A stretch of 64,000 bases of DNA from NCBI GenBank assembly GCA_907165135.1, contig OU015566.1, positions 3,410,001 to 3,474,000 on the forward strand, in the 5' to 3' direction. Position numbers and translations under genes: made by a program. This document shows positions 11,752 to 24,370 of this stretch, in pieces. How positions within the stretch are numbered: the stretch's first letter is position 1; each line of letters begins with the position of its first letter. The DNA comes from Oikopleura dioica. Its lineage: Eukaryota > Animalia > Chordata. The notes beneath the pieces are model-generated. The model was not told the DNA's origin and did not search any database. It saw only the letters and a list, made by a program, of their open reading frames with translations.

Positions 11752-14444
11752 TTAGTTCGACCAATTTCGCTGAAAAAAGAGGGTTAATTCGGGAAACGAA
11801 GAAGAGAACTTACAATATTCTGGGCTTCTTGTTCGCTCCAAGTTCCGATTGGCATGGTCATTGGACTTAAAATGGGGTAAAATTGGTAAATGGAATTTTT
11901 CAACGATTTTCCGACTAAATTAAATAAAATTAACTCACTTGACATTTCGAACTTGCTGCTGCGCCGCCCAATTATTTTGCTGCAATTGGACTTAACCACA
12001 ATTTTAATCTTCCTCTATCAATTTCTTTCATTACCGTTGGCGAAGGGCGCTAAAGAGTGATGAGCTTGCGAAATCGGCATCATGTAGGAGGTCATCATTG
12101 GCATCGCCAGCGATGTTGTTGGAAAACCCCCGTTTTGAGAGCTGTACTCTTCGTGAACTTTGAAAAAGGGATGAAAACGGGCTTTCGGGAAAAGGCGCTT
12201 ACGATTAAGGGAGGTGCCGGATGAAGCGCGCTGCTGCTGGCTGGACTGGATTGGATCGAAAGTCTGGACTCCGGAGGGGCGGCGTTGTTGCCCGTTCAAA
12301 TCGTATTTCATGTTGTATTTGTTCTCCAACTGCTGGCTCTAGAATGGTCGTTGGTTCTAGAAGGGCTTGTTTCGGATTACCTGAAGCTGGAAGCTGGCCA
12401 TGGGCGAGGAAACACCACTGTTGATCATCTAAAATAATGGATGAAGGAGGAGAACATGAAGTTCTTAAATAGATTGTCTACTAGACAATTTGTCTGCTAG
12501 ACATCGCGGATTTACGTTAATTATACCGTCAGATAAGCTTAATTTATTTCATGAAAATCTTGATTCTGCAACGGATGAGTCTAGTCGACAATTTTGAGAT
12601 AATACTGTTCCAAGTTTTAAGATAAGGGGGTACATACGGGTTTGCTCTCAAAAGTTGTTGGAAGAATCGATCTGGATGTTTGGTCCGTTTGTTGAGAAAC
12701 AAGGGTTTGTCGATGTTTCACCTCGCTCTGAAAAGATTTTTATGAATTCAACTTTTTTTTGAGCTTAAAACTAAGGGTATCACTTACAATAAGATGGCTG
12801 GGCGGGTGAAAGTACTTGCAAAGCGGCCGCTGACATCTGCCTTTAACCGCGTCCATGCAGACAATTACAGTGTTGTCAGAAGTATCGATCATCGACTGAT
12901 CCCCTTTTTGCAGAATATCCAGCTAAAAGCACGAATTAAACAGTCATTCTTTTTTAACCTTGATTGTGGCTTTATCTTCCCTCACGTACGAATAAAATAT
13001 AAATCCGACTGAACGTCAGCTATTCTCTACGTGCGCCGGTGAAGAAAATAAAGCGCTTAGTGTGAATTATTAATAAATTTATCAAATAGAAAAAATATAG
13101 CTTACCGGTGGATGCGCAAACTTGCAAGTTTCGATGCCTCGTTCGCAGTTGGAACGAATGTAGTCGCGGCAAATTTCGAGCCGATCGGGGCGGATACCCT
13201 TAATCGTCGCCGGCTGCTCTTGGTTAAGGATCTAAAAAGAGGGATGAGAGTGGTTTTTAGGGAGAAAGAGCTTACCATAACAGGAGTTTGGACGATTGAA
13301 AGAGGTTGAACTCCGGATAGGACGCCCTTAATATCGCATTATTTTTCAGAGAGATTATTAACTGACCATTTGAGTTGTATTTTGAAGAAGTTTCTTGTTC
13401 ATTTGCGCGTTTCTTCCATTTATTTCCAGCTGATTTTTGATGTGTGGCGAGGGATGAAGATATTTGCAAAACTCTCGGTGGCATTTTCCCTGTATTAAAA
13501 GAAAAAGGGATGAGCAAGATCGAATGGGGGTTGATTTACCTTCAACGAGTCGAAACAAGCCGTGACTTTTCCATTTTCGACGACGATGCATTTGGACTGC
13601 GGATGGGCGAATTTGCACTCATCCTCGGATCGCTTGCAGGCGCCGCGCATGAACTCGCGGCAGACCTCGACTTTGAGCCACTCGGTGTCCCTGAAATCGC
13701 CCTTGATTGCGTGTTACGTAAGCTAGTCTCTCTAACCGGTTGGAGTTTGACGCCGGAAAGGCATTGGAAGCGAGCGAAGCGGCATTAAGCGATTGAGTTG
13801 GAAGCGAAGCAATCTGAAAGCAAATCTGTCACTTTCAGAACGCGAATCAAGAATATAAGGACGGACAAAAAATAAATGACAAATTCAATAATGGGCAACC
13901 TGAAAGGTTTTTGGGGCCCCGACGGGGTAGCGTGAGGAACCGACAAAATAATTTCGACAAATTTTGCGTGGGCGGCTACTCGTCTGCGGATTGGCCGATG
14001 AGCCAAATCGTGGCTTCTGATTGGTTGAAAATTTCGGGGAGGTTTCTTGGACCGACAAAAAAATTTCGACGAATTTTGCTTGGAAATTTTCGACCAATCA
14101 GAAGCCTTGATCTGGCATACCGGCCAATTAGCAGCCGAGTAGCCGCCCTCGCAAAATTTGTCGAAATTTTTTTGTCGGTTCCAGACACCATCCTAAAATT
14201 TCAAACAAAATTAGTCGAAATTTTTTGTCGGTTCTTGACACCTCCCCGCCCCGACTTTGGGAAAAGATTGTTTTCGAATAGTAATGATCCCTTTTTTTAT
14301 AAAATTTTGAAGCAAAAAACTGTGCACCAGTAAGCGCTAAAACAATCCATCTGTACTTACAGGCATTTTGTTGTTTGATCTTTCGCCATCCAGCTTTCTC
14401 GGGTCGCCCCAGGTTTCGATAGGAAAGTTGCTTTGTTGATACAT
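11752..14444 (-). CDS. MBNL: Muscleblind-like RNA-binding protein with four CCCH zinc fingers
   Basis: ZF1 [31 protein letters not shown]; ZF2 [19 protein letters not shown]...QLEINGRN; ZF3 [26 protein letters not shown]; ZF4 [26 protein letters not shown]. First coding exon from ATG 14444 splices in phase 0. Q-rich tail. Confidence 0.92.
13923..14253. mobile_element. Palindromic MITE-like element in the first coding intron of MBNL
   Basis: Inverted arms of about 100 bp (13936-14036 and 14084-14182) plus further copies of the ACCGACAAAAAAATTTCGAC subunit. No TSD identified. Confidence 0.65.
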
Positions 14445-17293
14445 CAAATGGCTGAAAACAAAAGTTTGAAAACAGGAATAAATTGGGCATCAAGCGATTT
14501 TGGTCAACCTCTTGGTCAAAAAATTGCAATTTCCGTCAATCGGTGAGTTTTTTCTGCTTTTTTTAGAAATCACTTTTGGGGGAGAAAATTTCGATCTTTT
14601 CATCAAGCACTTGTGATTTTTTGAATTTGATTAAGGTGAAGTTCTTAGTTACGGTCACGCATCAGTTGGCGACATAACAATGTGTAATTCTGGTTCTGGA
14701 GCAGAATACATATTGATTTGACGAAAGAAGAAGGTCTTTCGAAAGAGCGAGATATTTTTGGAGTGTCTGTCAGACAGTAAAATAACGAAGAAGCTACATT
14801 TCAAGCTTAAAATTTAGACAGTTCTAGAGTTTTAGAATTAGAGAACAAAAAAACGCTTGACGCTATTTTGAGCGAGAAAAAAATCAAGATTTTCGAGTCA
14901 AAAAGCAAATTGATGAATCAGTTCTTTGAAGCGATTTCTTCAAAATTAAGATTTATTTCCTCCTTGAAAACTTTGAAAAAATACATTTAAAAATTTTCTA
15001 TAATAATAAAAATAATAAATTTGTCAACTTACAAGCTCATTTTTCCCCTTTCAAGCGTTGCACGAGAAAAATAATAAAGAAAAAACGGACAATTTTTATT
15101 CTAACTTAAAGTTCAGCGTCAATGGCAATCTCTTTGGAGGGCGAGGGAAAAATAGAGAGAGAGGCGCGGATGATCGCTCGCGCAGCGTCCTTCTGAAAGC
15201 GGGAAGCGAGCCGCGGTCAAAGTCAATGTAGCCAGCGACGGGCGCCAGAACAAGCCCGGCTCAAGAACAAGAGCACGCACACAACGAACCCGCTAGGGCT
15301 AGGGTTAGCGCGGGGGTTTTGGCAAGAAGTTCATTCTTTTTGATCTGAGAATTTCATACTGAAGAGGTCGTCTTATTGAGAAGAAAAATACTGTAAGACC
15401 TCATGATAAGACAAGCCCAAGCTCAACCGATACTGTCACCCTTTATCGAAGTAGTTAATATTATTTACAGGATTATTTTTCAGACTTCATAAAAGGATAT
15501 TTGCTATAGCAACACCCTTATTCTATCTGACTTAAAACGTTCTTTTGAAAGAGTTTGATAAGGGCGTCACTTTTGTTGTCTTTTCACAAGGCCCTGACAC
15601 CCTTATTTGATTCCGCCGAAAGGATTTTTTGAGTATAGAAAAATAAGGGTGTCGCATTCTTAAATATGTTGACATAAAATCTTAAAAAACTCGATATGAA
15701 AAAGTTCAACTGATCTAGCTTTGTTTGTGGGTCCACCCTTAATCCTTCTGAGTGCGAACGTGCCTGTCAATTGTGCTGATCAAATTGAGCTGAGAGGTAA
15801 GTTCTGGCTCACGAATAAATGAGCCGCCTCACGCGTTCGCTTTCTCAAGAGCCTTTTGAAATTGAAAACGGCGCACGAAGCTAGCTGCTGCTCGCGCTGC
15901 GGCGTTCGGACCCCCCGACAAGGGGATTGCCCGCGATTCTGCCTTCCAGCTGGATGATTAAACGCTTTTAGGGGATTTATTACTTATCGCAAAGCATTGG
16001 CAAAAAAATTCCTTTTGAAATAATTTCGCAAAAATCCTGAGATAAAGAATTTTAGCTTTCAGTTTTGTACTTTATTTTTTCTAAAGTAATCGGTAGAAGC
16101 TACCATCATGATAACCAAAATTAATATAAGATTTGGTGTAAATTTGTTTCAATACTTAACAAAGATCTAAGTAAGTGCTTGCAAACGAAAGCTTTGCTAG
16201 AAAAATAACCTTCATTCTTTCTCTACCAAGCAACTCTTATCTTTTGAATAAGAGTTGCTGGGTTCGACTTGTCTTGCCTTGGTCAAATCTTAAGATTTGT
16301 TAACTATACAACTAGAAGTTATCTATTTTTATACCGCTATTTTAAATAGCCTATTTATTACCGGTATTTATTAAACCGCTCTTAACCTTAGAAACTCGTT
16401 ATGACAAGTGGAAAGTCTTTCGCAATTAGAGCTGCCTTTTTATCACCAGAATTCATCCTCAGACATTTTCCAGACCTTCTTATTTGGTCAGATGGGTACC
16501 TCCGTCTTTTTTTGAGCTAATTTATTTAATTGATGTGACGCTTCCTTACAATGATGGAGTCAATTATAAAAAAATCCGAGTATAGTCAGAGTCGATTCAT
16601 CCTCATAAACCGTCGCGTCATTACTAATATCTTATCAAATCTGAGTCCAAATATTCAAAATGAATAGTTCTTCAGGCGCATTCCTCGCTCAAATTTGCTG
16701 GTAAAAAAGGAGCATTTAATATTTCTCAACAAAGCCTTTCACCTTAAGATCATTTGGTGGTCTGGTATCGGAAACTGCATCAGTGCAAACATTGATCATT
16801 TGGTCATTTTTGACACATTTTGGACCAATTTCAAAAGATTTCAAGAAGCACGTGATCTGACCAAAACACAAACCTTTATTTATTTCGTTGAAAAACTGTC
16901 TTCCGATCTTCAAAAAAGTCTCTTTCCTTCAAGAAGAATCCATCAAGAAAAAAATCAATTAAAAAGACGTCTTTTCTGAGAAAGGTCACTTCAGAAGGGA
17001 GCTCAGAATTAAAGTTGAGCTCCGACTTTGCCAAGTCTGATGCCGTTGCAGTTGGCGTCTTTTCTTCGACCAATTGGAGCGGAGGCGCGCGGTGCAAACG
17101 TGAGCCACACGCGCCGGAGTCCGCGCGCCGTCCGCGATCTTGACCGCGAGCGAGCGCCTGCGCGCCGCGATGCCCAACCGCCGATTTCGCACGTTCCAGC
17201 CCAAAATCGTTATTCAATTAATAATAAATAAAAAGAAATGTTCTTTTTAGAAATCACAGATGAACTTTTCGAAAAGCATTTTCATTTCAAAAC

Positions 17294-17535
17294 CTTGGCT
17301 CGACAACCTGTGTAAAAAAATCCTGAGTCAGGGTTTCTATTTTTTTAAATTAAAAAGCCGCGTAGCGGCTTTTTTTAGAAAAGTAGCCGCGGAGCGGCTT
17401 CGCGAAGATAATCTTTAAATTCAAATTCTGGCGAAGCCGCTTTGCGGCTTCGTTTAAAAAAAATTGCTTTGCGGCTTTTCTTACTAAAACTCTGAAACCC
17501 TGACTCAGGATTTCTGAACACGTAGCCGAACCCAG
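17294..17535. mobile_element. hAT-like MITE, copy 1 of the CTGGG...CCCAG family
   Basis: 8-bp TSD TTCAAAAC (17286-93 and 17536-43). TIRs contain CTGAGTCAGGG/CCCTGACTCAG. Internal AAGCCGC-N3-GCGGCTT palindromes are shared with 20386-20633. Confidence 0.85.
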
Positions 17536-17774
17536 TTCAAAACCTGACACAGGTTTTTCACAGGTCGAAGAGCCAAGAAAAAAGTCAGATCATAACTGAC
17601 ATCTTTTTGTTGACAACATTAACAAATCAATTTATTCCCATTAAATCTAATCGAGTTGATCATCACATGATCCCTCTTCAAACAGAAGAGTCAAAGTCCA
17701 TCATTCTATTTTCAAGTCCATAAGAGTCCAAAGTCGTTAAATATTCAAAGCCAACTTGAACAACATGGTGCTCG

Positions 17775-18907
17775 TTGCGCAACTCGACACAAGTCGTCGA
17801 GGGTCAAAGTTGCCGTTGTCAGCGTTTCGCTCCCCTTTTCGATTGGCCGTGTCGCCGGGCGTTGGCCTTGCTGCTCTCTCCCCGTCGCTCGGCCTCGGTC
17901 TCAGAGACACTCGATCTGCGAGCCGGAGAGAAACGATCTTACCAGCCAATTTCGCGACTCCAAATTCCAGCGCTAGAAAAAGCATGCCGCCGCCTCTCCT
18001 TATTCGTCGATTGGGAGAACAACCACCAGCTGCCAGTTTTGGATAACGGGATGATATACCCTCAATCGACTGAATGAAACAAAACTGGATTTCGATTCGC
18101 GATTTTCTGAATCCGGGATCATCCCATTAACCCAAATCCTGACTGACAATGGGTCTCACTTACAACTTGAACTTTTGAATGAATTTTTGACTTAAGGGTA
18201 TCCCTATCTTTCGGTTTGAGCATTTTAAGGGCGGTTTTGGGGTCTTTTCAGGCGCTTTTAGCATATCGAAGGCTATTCCCTTAAGTTTTTCGTCATAAAA
18301 CTTAAGGGAACCCCTCTTTCCAAATTTTGCCTTGGCAGACCCTTAACTCAACCCCTTAGGAATCACGATTTAGCGTTTTTCCAAGCGAAAATTAAGGGGA
18401 TACCCTTAAGAAACTGTTAGAAGAATCACTATCAAAACTGTTTACTCAAAACTGTTAGTATCTCTATCTCTCTGTCTCTGTCTCTCTTTTTCTTTATCCA
18501 TCGTTTTATTTTTCCCCTGTTTAGTTAATTGCCAATAAAAAAAATTTGATCCGAAAATTGATGGATTAGAAATTTTCGATTTCTCAAAAATGTGTCCTAA
18601 GCCAGGTCACTCGTTCTCGAAATGATGAGCGATGATCGGATGGCGGAGTGTGCGCGAGGCAATGCGCTTGTTTTATTGGAGCATTTTGCGCTGAGTCGGC
18701 CGAGTCTGAAAGACGAGCATCGCAACTTGCGTCCGACAGAATATTTTCCGCAGGCAAATTTACGTTTCAAGCGACTCGAAAACACTGTCTATCAGAACGC
18801 GAATCCAACTTTTGGTAAATCGTTGTTGTTTTCAACATATCGTCCGGCACATAGGTCAAGCGTTTTGTGCGTGTTCTGGTTCTGATAAAAAACTCAGAAA
18901 CGTCTAA
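17775..18907 (+). CDS. Possible small spliced gene of unknown product
   Basis: GC-richer open frames at 17775-18077 and 18622-18812, and a plausible ~43-bp GT-AG intron leading to GQAFCACSGSDKKLRNV*. No recognisable motif; the exon joins are speculative. Confidence 0.25.
18196..18405. mobile_element. MITE with TTAA target duplication (Kolobok- or piggyBac-type target)
   Basis: TTAA|GGGTATCCC ... GGGATACCC|TTAA, with TTAA at 18192-95 and 18406-09. Confidence 0.7.
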
Positions 18908-19730
18908 ATGGGAAGTATAAAAAAAGAGCTTTCACCTTGACGTGATGAAATCTCAAAAGTCAATGTGAGATGTTAGCGAAGTTCCTTTAAATTCTGTCAG
19001 CAAAAACAGAGGTGATTTCTTTTTGCCATTTTATCTGATCGTCTCTACAGCAAAATTAAATTGTTTTTGATGATTTTAAATACTTTCGATTAACCGAACA
19101 CCTCCTCAGAGACAGAGGTGGAAAAATTGCCTTTGAAAAAGAAAGAATCCGTAGGGATATTTATCGATGAGCTTTTTTTTGGTTTCTTTTCGAGCAATTT
19201 TCACGAAAATGAACCTACTTTGGGGACATTTTAGCAGATTTTTTCTGGCCAAAATTTTTTCTTGTTTTTGCCGATGAATTATTTCAACCCTTTTCAATTC
19301 AATCCTCATTTTAAATTTCTCCATCCAATCAGGTTTCACCGCTTTTTTTTTTGTTTTTCCGTAATCCGGATATTGACGGCACCCCCCCTCATGGTTTTTA
19401 GGTCTAAGGACAGAAAATCAAAATTAACAAGTTAATTTTTTTGAATCATTTTACTTTCATTTTAGTCAGATTCAGCGTATTCGTAAACCCCGATAATTGG
19501 GTACTTCCCCTTAGGGTACTTATCCTTCCGACGTTTCAAAGGCCAAAAACGTCCTACTTTGATCCTGGAATATGAAGGCATATTTGCCTTTTCACTTATT
19601 TGCTTCGCAAACTCTGATCTTACTCTCGTAAAAAAGACATGTTGAAACAAGTGAGTGTTCAGAGTTTAATAATGACCCTTCATTTTTTGTGAATTTTTTT
19701 CATCTGAGATACCAAAATTGAAACAAAAAA

Positions 19731-22700
19731 ATGGCAAAAACAATAGAGCCTGAAAATGGTCAAGATATTGGCCATCCAAGTCAACTGGAAAGAAAGAAAG
19801 TTGAATCTTGGCTAAAGGAATTTCTTCCGAAACTGAAGAGAACAACTTCGCGGAGTCAGAAATGCCGACTTGTGGAATCAGTTTCGAGAAGCTATTTTGA
19901 AGATGATGGCTGGTGCGTTTGGTGGTACTTTATTATTTTCAGGAAGGACGGCTTTGCAGATGTTTTCTTCAGCCGGCAATGGTCACAAAGGGAATTGAAG
20001 CTGACGACATTCCAAAAAATGCTTCTTGAGAATAACCCTTCCTTTTATGGTGAGACAATAAGTCGATGGGATATCAAAGAAGAAACTGGCGAATGGCAGC
20101 TAGCCGATGATTTGGAGAGTAAGATTATTTCGAAAGGAGGAGAAGCAATCGTTCTTGCTGAGAATTTCGATGGTTTTGAGACCGCGGTGCGAGTCCAGGT
20201 TTTTGATCCCTTTCTTTTTACCGAGGAATTCGGAGCCGAAGAGATTATTTTTGATGTGAATTTTTCTAAAGGTTTAATAAGGTTTTGAGAATTTTTTGCT
20301 CAAGAAATTATTTTTAGATTTTGAGCCAGCAAAAAGCCAGGAATCATCCGAAGACAACGATAAGAAGATCCCATGCCATAAGAATCTGGGCTCGGAAGTC
20401 TGAGTAGAAAACCTAAGTCAGGGCCTGCAAGAGCTAAAATGAAAAGCCGCGTAGCGGCTTTTTTTAAAAACGAAGCCGCAAAGCGGCTTCGCATATTTTA
20501 CCTTCTTAGTGTATTTATTAATTTTGGCGAAGCCGCTCTGCGGCTTCAATTTTAGAAAAAGCCGCTACGCGGCTTTTCATTTTAGCTCTTTCAGACCCTG
20601 ACTCAGGTTTTCTAGTCAGGTTGCCGAGCCCAGATAAGAATGTTATCAAGAACTACGTTAATATTGAATTATTTCACGAAAAAGACGAAGAGAAAGAAGA
20701 CTGTTTGGGATGGATAACCATCATAGAAAAAGGAGAAGTTTCTTTGAGAAGTTTGCTTCAGGAAGAAAAAATTGATTTGGAAGAAAGAAAAATGATTGCG
20801 TACGGAATTTTGGATGGAGATAAATACTTGAATGACAATTGTGGAATTTCGCATTGGGATCAGAAACCGGAAAACTTTCTGATTATTGGCGGAGTACCAA
20901 AGTTCATAGACTTTGGGCTTGTTATGGACGAGACTGGACGAAAAAGCTACCGAAATATGGGTTACGTGAGAAGAGGATCTAAATACAAAGCTTATATTGC
21001 TCTTGGTAAGTCTTTGAACATTTTAATTACCTAAGTACTTTTAAATTTCGAAGCTGCTGGGACGCCAGGATTTACGCATTCTAAACCAACTTCGACTGGA
21101 GGAGGTTATGAAGCTTCAAATTTATATTATTTTCTTTTTGCGACTGGAAAACGTCGTGGACGCTTCTTTATCAGCCGATTAGTGATGAGCAACGCAAAGA
21201 AATCGATGAAATCGCAAAGGTTTTTAAGGACCCCCTTCCCCGTCAGCTTTTTTCGAAAAATTTAGTTTCGAATTTCGAAATTTTGACCCGGGAAATAGAT
21301 TCTGCGGGTTAAAAACGATTTTAGGCTGCATTTTTGAGGGTCTAATCTTGACTCCTTCACCCCCAAATCGCATTTGAAAATTGGACTTTTCGCCGAAAAT
21401 TGACGAATTTCCCTTATTTTGGCAAAACATTGATTTTTATTGGTCCAAAATTCCTCTGACCAAGTTTTTAAAGCAAGTTTAACCTGAGGACGCATGAAAA
21501 ACCAAAAATATGGTGTTTATAAAAATTTCCATTTTTCGAAGGAAAAAGCTGACGGGGGTTCCTTACTGTTTATTTTTTTTATATTTTTAGAATTGTGGCG
21601 CTCATTCAATTACAACTTGGGCAAATGTTTATGATTTCGACGAGCAACGCAATTTATTTTCCGAAATCACGAAAATAATCTCTCTCAAAAATGCGTCTGA
21701 CGATTTTTGCCAGGAAAATCCAAACTTGACTGAGTCCTGTCAAATGTCGATTCTGAGACAAAGCGCGAGCAAATGTGTCGAGCAAGGAATGCAAAACTTG
21801 ACCGAAAACGTCTTTGACCAGAAAAACTCGCAACTTTGCGTGCCAATTTCTGTCACGACACTTCTTCGACACGCAATAAAAAATGATCTTGGCTTCAACG
21901 ATGCGGACTGTTCATACACTTTCGAGAAAATTTTGTCTACTTTGACGATGATTGTTTTTCCACAAAGCATGGCTGGACTCAATTTGAACCCAAACGAGAA
22001 AGAAAAACAATTTCAACAAAATGAAATCGAGATTCTTCTTCAGCGACTTTGCCAGAAAACATATTTAATGGAAAGTGGCTGGGAAAATATAAAAAACCTT
22101 AGCACTCAAAGCTTCAGTCCTCAGATTCACGCATCATCTTGTGAATATCAAGAAGGTAAGGAGAGATTCCTTTTATCAAATTTTGCCAAGTTCAGTAATT
22201 CTTAACGAAAATTTCTCCTTCACTCGCCCCGCAACTGTCACTGGCGCATATTTATTTCCTTCTGGCGAAATTCTTTTCCACCAAATGACGCTCGACCGAG
22301 TTGAAAATGACGAGTACGTTCTCCAAAACACCGACTTCAAGGACCACTCTCCAGGTAGGTTCTCTATTTATCGAAAATTAATTTAAGGACCCCCCGTGAG
22401 CTTTTATGTCCGAAAAGGGAATTTTTTAAAAACACCATATTTTTGATTCTTAACGCGTCCTCAGGTTAAACTTGCTTCAAAATCTTGATGAGAGAAAGTT
22501 TTGACCAAGATAATTCAATACATTTGCCAAAATTTGGGGAAATTCGTCAATTTTTGGCGAATAGTCTAATTTTCAAATGCGATTTTGGGGGTGAAGGAGT
22601 CGAGATAGACCCCCAAAAAATGCAGCCTAAAATCGTTTTTTGGCCTGTAGAATTCAATTCCGGGGTCAAAATTTTAAAATTCCGAAATTTGATTTTTCGA

Positions 22701-22942
22701 AAAAAGCTGACGGTGAGGTCCATAAAAAAATTATAGCTCTGCGAATCCCCCTGAAAAACCCTTACTACGAGAAGTTTGACTTCGTGCGGTTCTATTTTGA
22801 CAATGACACCAGAACTGCAGAGTTCGAAGAAGACGGGATGAAAATAAAGGTCGTCAACGAGCATCCATCTATCGACAATATGGAAGCCAACACTTGGTAT
22901 TTGATGCCCACTGCTTTTACTCTTAAACTGGCGAAAATTTGA
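19731..22942 (+). CDS. Atypical protein kinase fused to a papain-like (clan CA) cysteine-peptidase-like domain
   Basis: Kinase motifs SKGGEAIV, TAVRVQ (beta3 Lys replaced by Arg), HWDQKPEN, IDFG and AAGTPGF. C-terminal DQKNSQLCVPIS and FHQMTLDRVENDEYVLQNT. Exonic MITE at 20386-20633; one T missing at 21135-39. Confidence 0.75.
20386..20633. mobile_element. hAT-like MITE, copy 2, inserted in a kinase exon
   Basis: 8-bp TSD ATAAGAAT (20378-85 and 20634-41). TIR of about 40 bp, CTGGGCTCGG(A/C)A... Excision restores ...IPCHKNVIKNY. Confidence 0.92.
21227..21563. mobile_element. Intronic MITE, TA-flanked; same family as 22386-22722 in opposite orientation
   Basis: TIR AGGACCCCC..CGTCAGCTTTTT. 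The internal sequence matches the reverse complement of 22386-22722. Confidence 0.75.
22386..22722. mobile_element. Intronic MITE, second copy
   Basis: Reverse-complement homolog of 21227-21563, within the last kinase intron. Confidence 0.75.
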
Positions 22943-23004
22943 ATCGCACAAACATGTTTATTCTTGATTGAATTTGTACAGGAGAAAAAAGAGTTAAAGC
23001 CAGT

Positions 23005-24370
23005 TCAGTTGGAAGACAAGGAGGAAAGCTGGTTCTTGATAACATCGTTCATCAAGTAATTTGGGTCTGTTGATTTTTCCACAATGTCTAAAAAGAATCA
23101 TTCTTTTCTTGAAAAAAAAATTTTCTTACTGAAATGATCGGTATTTTCGAATTCAATGAAATCGCATCGAACTCCAGTTGCATTCAGCATTTCGTAAAAG
23201 CTTAAAAATGAAAGAGAAAGCCAAAGTAAAAGATTACCGAAGAGACTGATCGTGGAAAGCTGGAGAGTCATTTTCAGCGATGCAGATAATGAAACGAGTC
23301 GATTGTCTTGAATTCGCGTAGATTTTCTTGAAGTTAGTCGGGTCCATTGGAGACATGGCTTCGGCGTCGTCGATGGTGAGTTTCAAGGCATTATTGACGG
23401 AAGTTTCCACAATCGGCCTAAATTTATTTTAAGGAAAAATTGGCCCCTTTTTTCACCTCAAATCGAAAATCCCCGAAACAGCATAAATCGTCACGGGCAG
23501 CAAGCTTGGAAAATCGTGCGAATGCTGCGCCAAAACCATCGTCGCCAAATGAGCACCAGCCGAGTGTCCCATAATGTGAATTCCGACAGTGTAAGGAAAT
23601 TTGTGGCGAATGAATTGAAATGCTGCTTGCACTTGAGCGACGATTTCAGACATTGAAACACTGAAAAGGATGAGTTTGTTGCGCAAGGAGGTTAAATAAG
23701 GAGAGGGCGAGGGAGGGTTTTATTTTTAGGGGATGACACGAGAGAAGAATTAGCAGCGAGTTAAAAAATATTCCACTGTTGAAAATAAGCAAAAAGGACT
23801 TTCCTCTGAAAATTAACAAATTGATATCCTTATTTTTGGTAAAAAAATTTTCAAATTCTTCCGAAAATTCCCGAAAAACTAATTTTTTTTTTGAAAAAAT
23901 CCATTTTTATGGCTTTATTTGCAATTTTAAGGGTGTCACTCTGTAAATTTCACGAAAACATCTCATTGAAATCTCACCTCGGACAGAGATCATAACCAAT
24001 TCCGACATAAATTGCGCCCATTTTCGTCACCGATTCTGCTGCATGTCCCGAAACATCTCTACTGCACTCTTGCCAGTAACCACCGTGGATGTAGACAAAA
24101 ACTGGCGTTCCTTTCGTCACTTCTTCTGGCTTGTAGATGTCTAGCAGACAGTTCGGGCCGAGATCACTGTATTTCACTCCGGTTTCGCAGTTGATGCTGC
24201 TCCGCGCGTTTTTCGTCGCAGAAACCATCTTTTGAAAAAAAGTATTTTGGAGAAGGGGTTGAAAAGGACTTACGGTTTCCACATGATTTCCCACAATTGT
24301 TTCGGGTGTCAGGCGAGTCGCCCATTGTGACGGCGAGTACTGCTTGTCCAAATTTGCGGAGTCATCGAGC
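23005..24370 (-). CDS. AFMID: Kynurenine formamidase (arylformamidase), alpha/beta hydrolase; 5' end uncertain
   Basis: LDKQYSPSQW, VFVYIHGGYWQ, GYDLCP, the nucleophile motif GHSAGAHL, VSGIFDLRP and AENDSPAFHDQS. Confidence 0.88.

Noticed and set aside
13785-14333. Several overlapping ORFs on both strands
   Set aside because: They arise from the palindromic MITE in the MBNL intron.
15293-15310. CTAGGGCTAGGGTTAG telomere-like motif
   Set aside because: Only two or three degenerate units, which is expected by chance.
16229-16298. 12-bp hairpin and 16-bp palindrome, considered as a possible Helitron end
   Set aside because: No correctly placed CTRR terminus or matching 5' TC end was found.
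16876-17231. GC-rich ORFs on both strands
   Set aside because: No recognisable motif or consistent splice model; could be regulatory DNA. Left uncalled.
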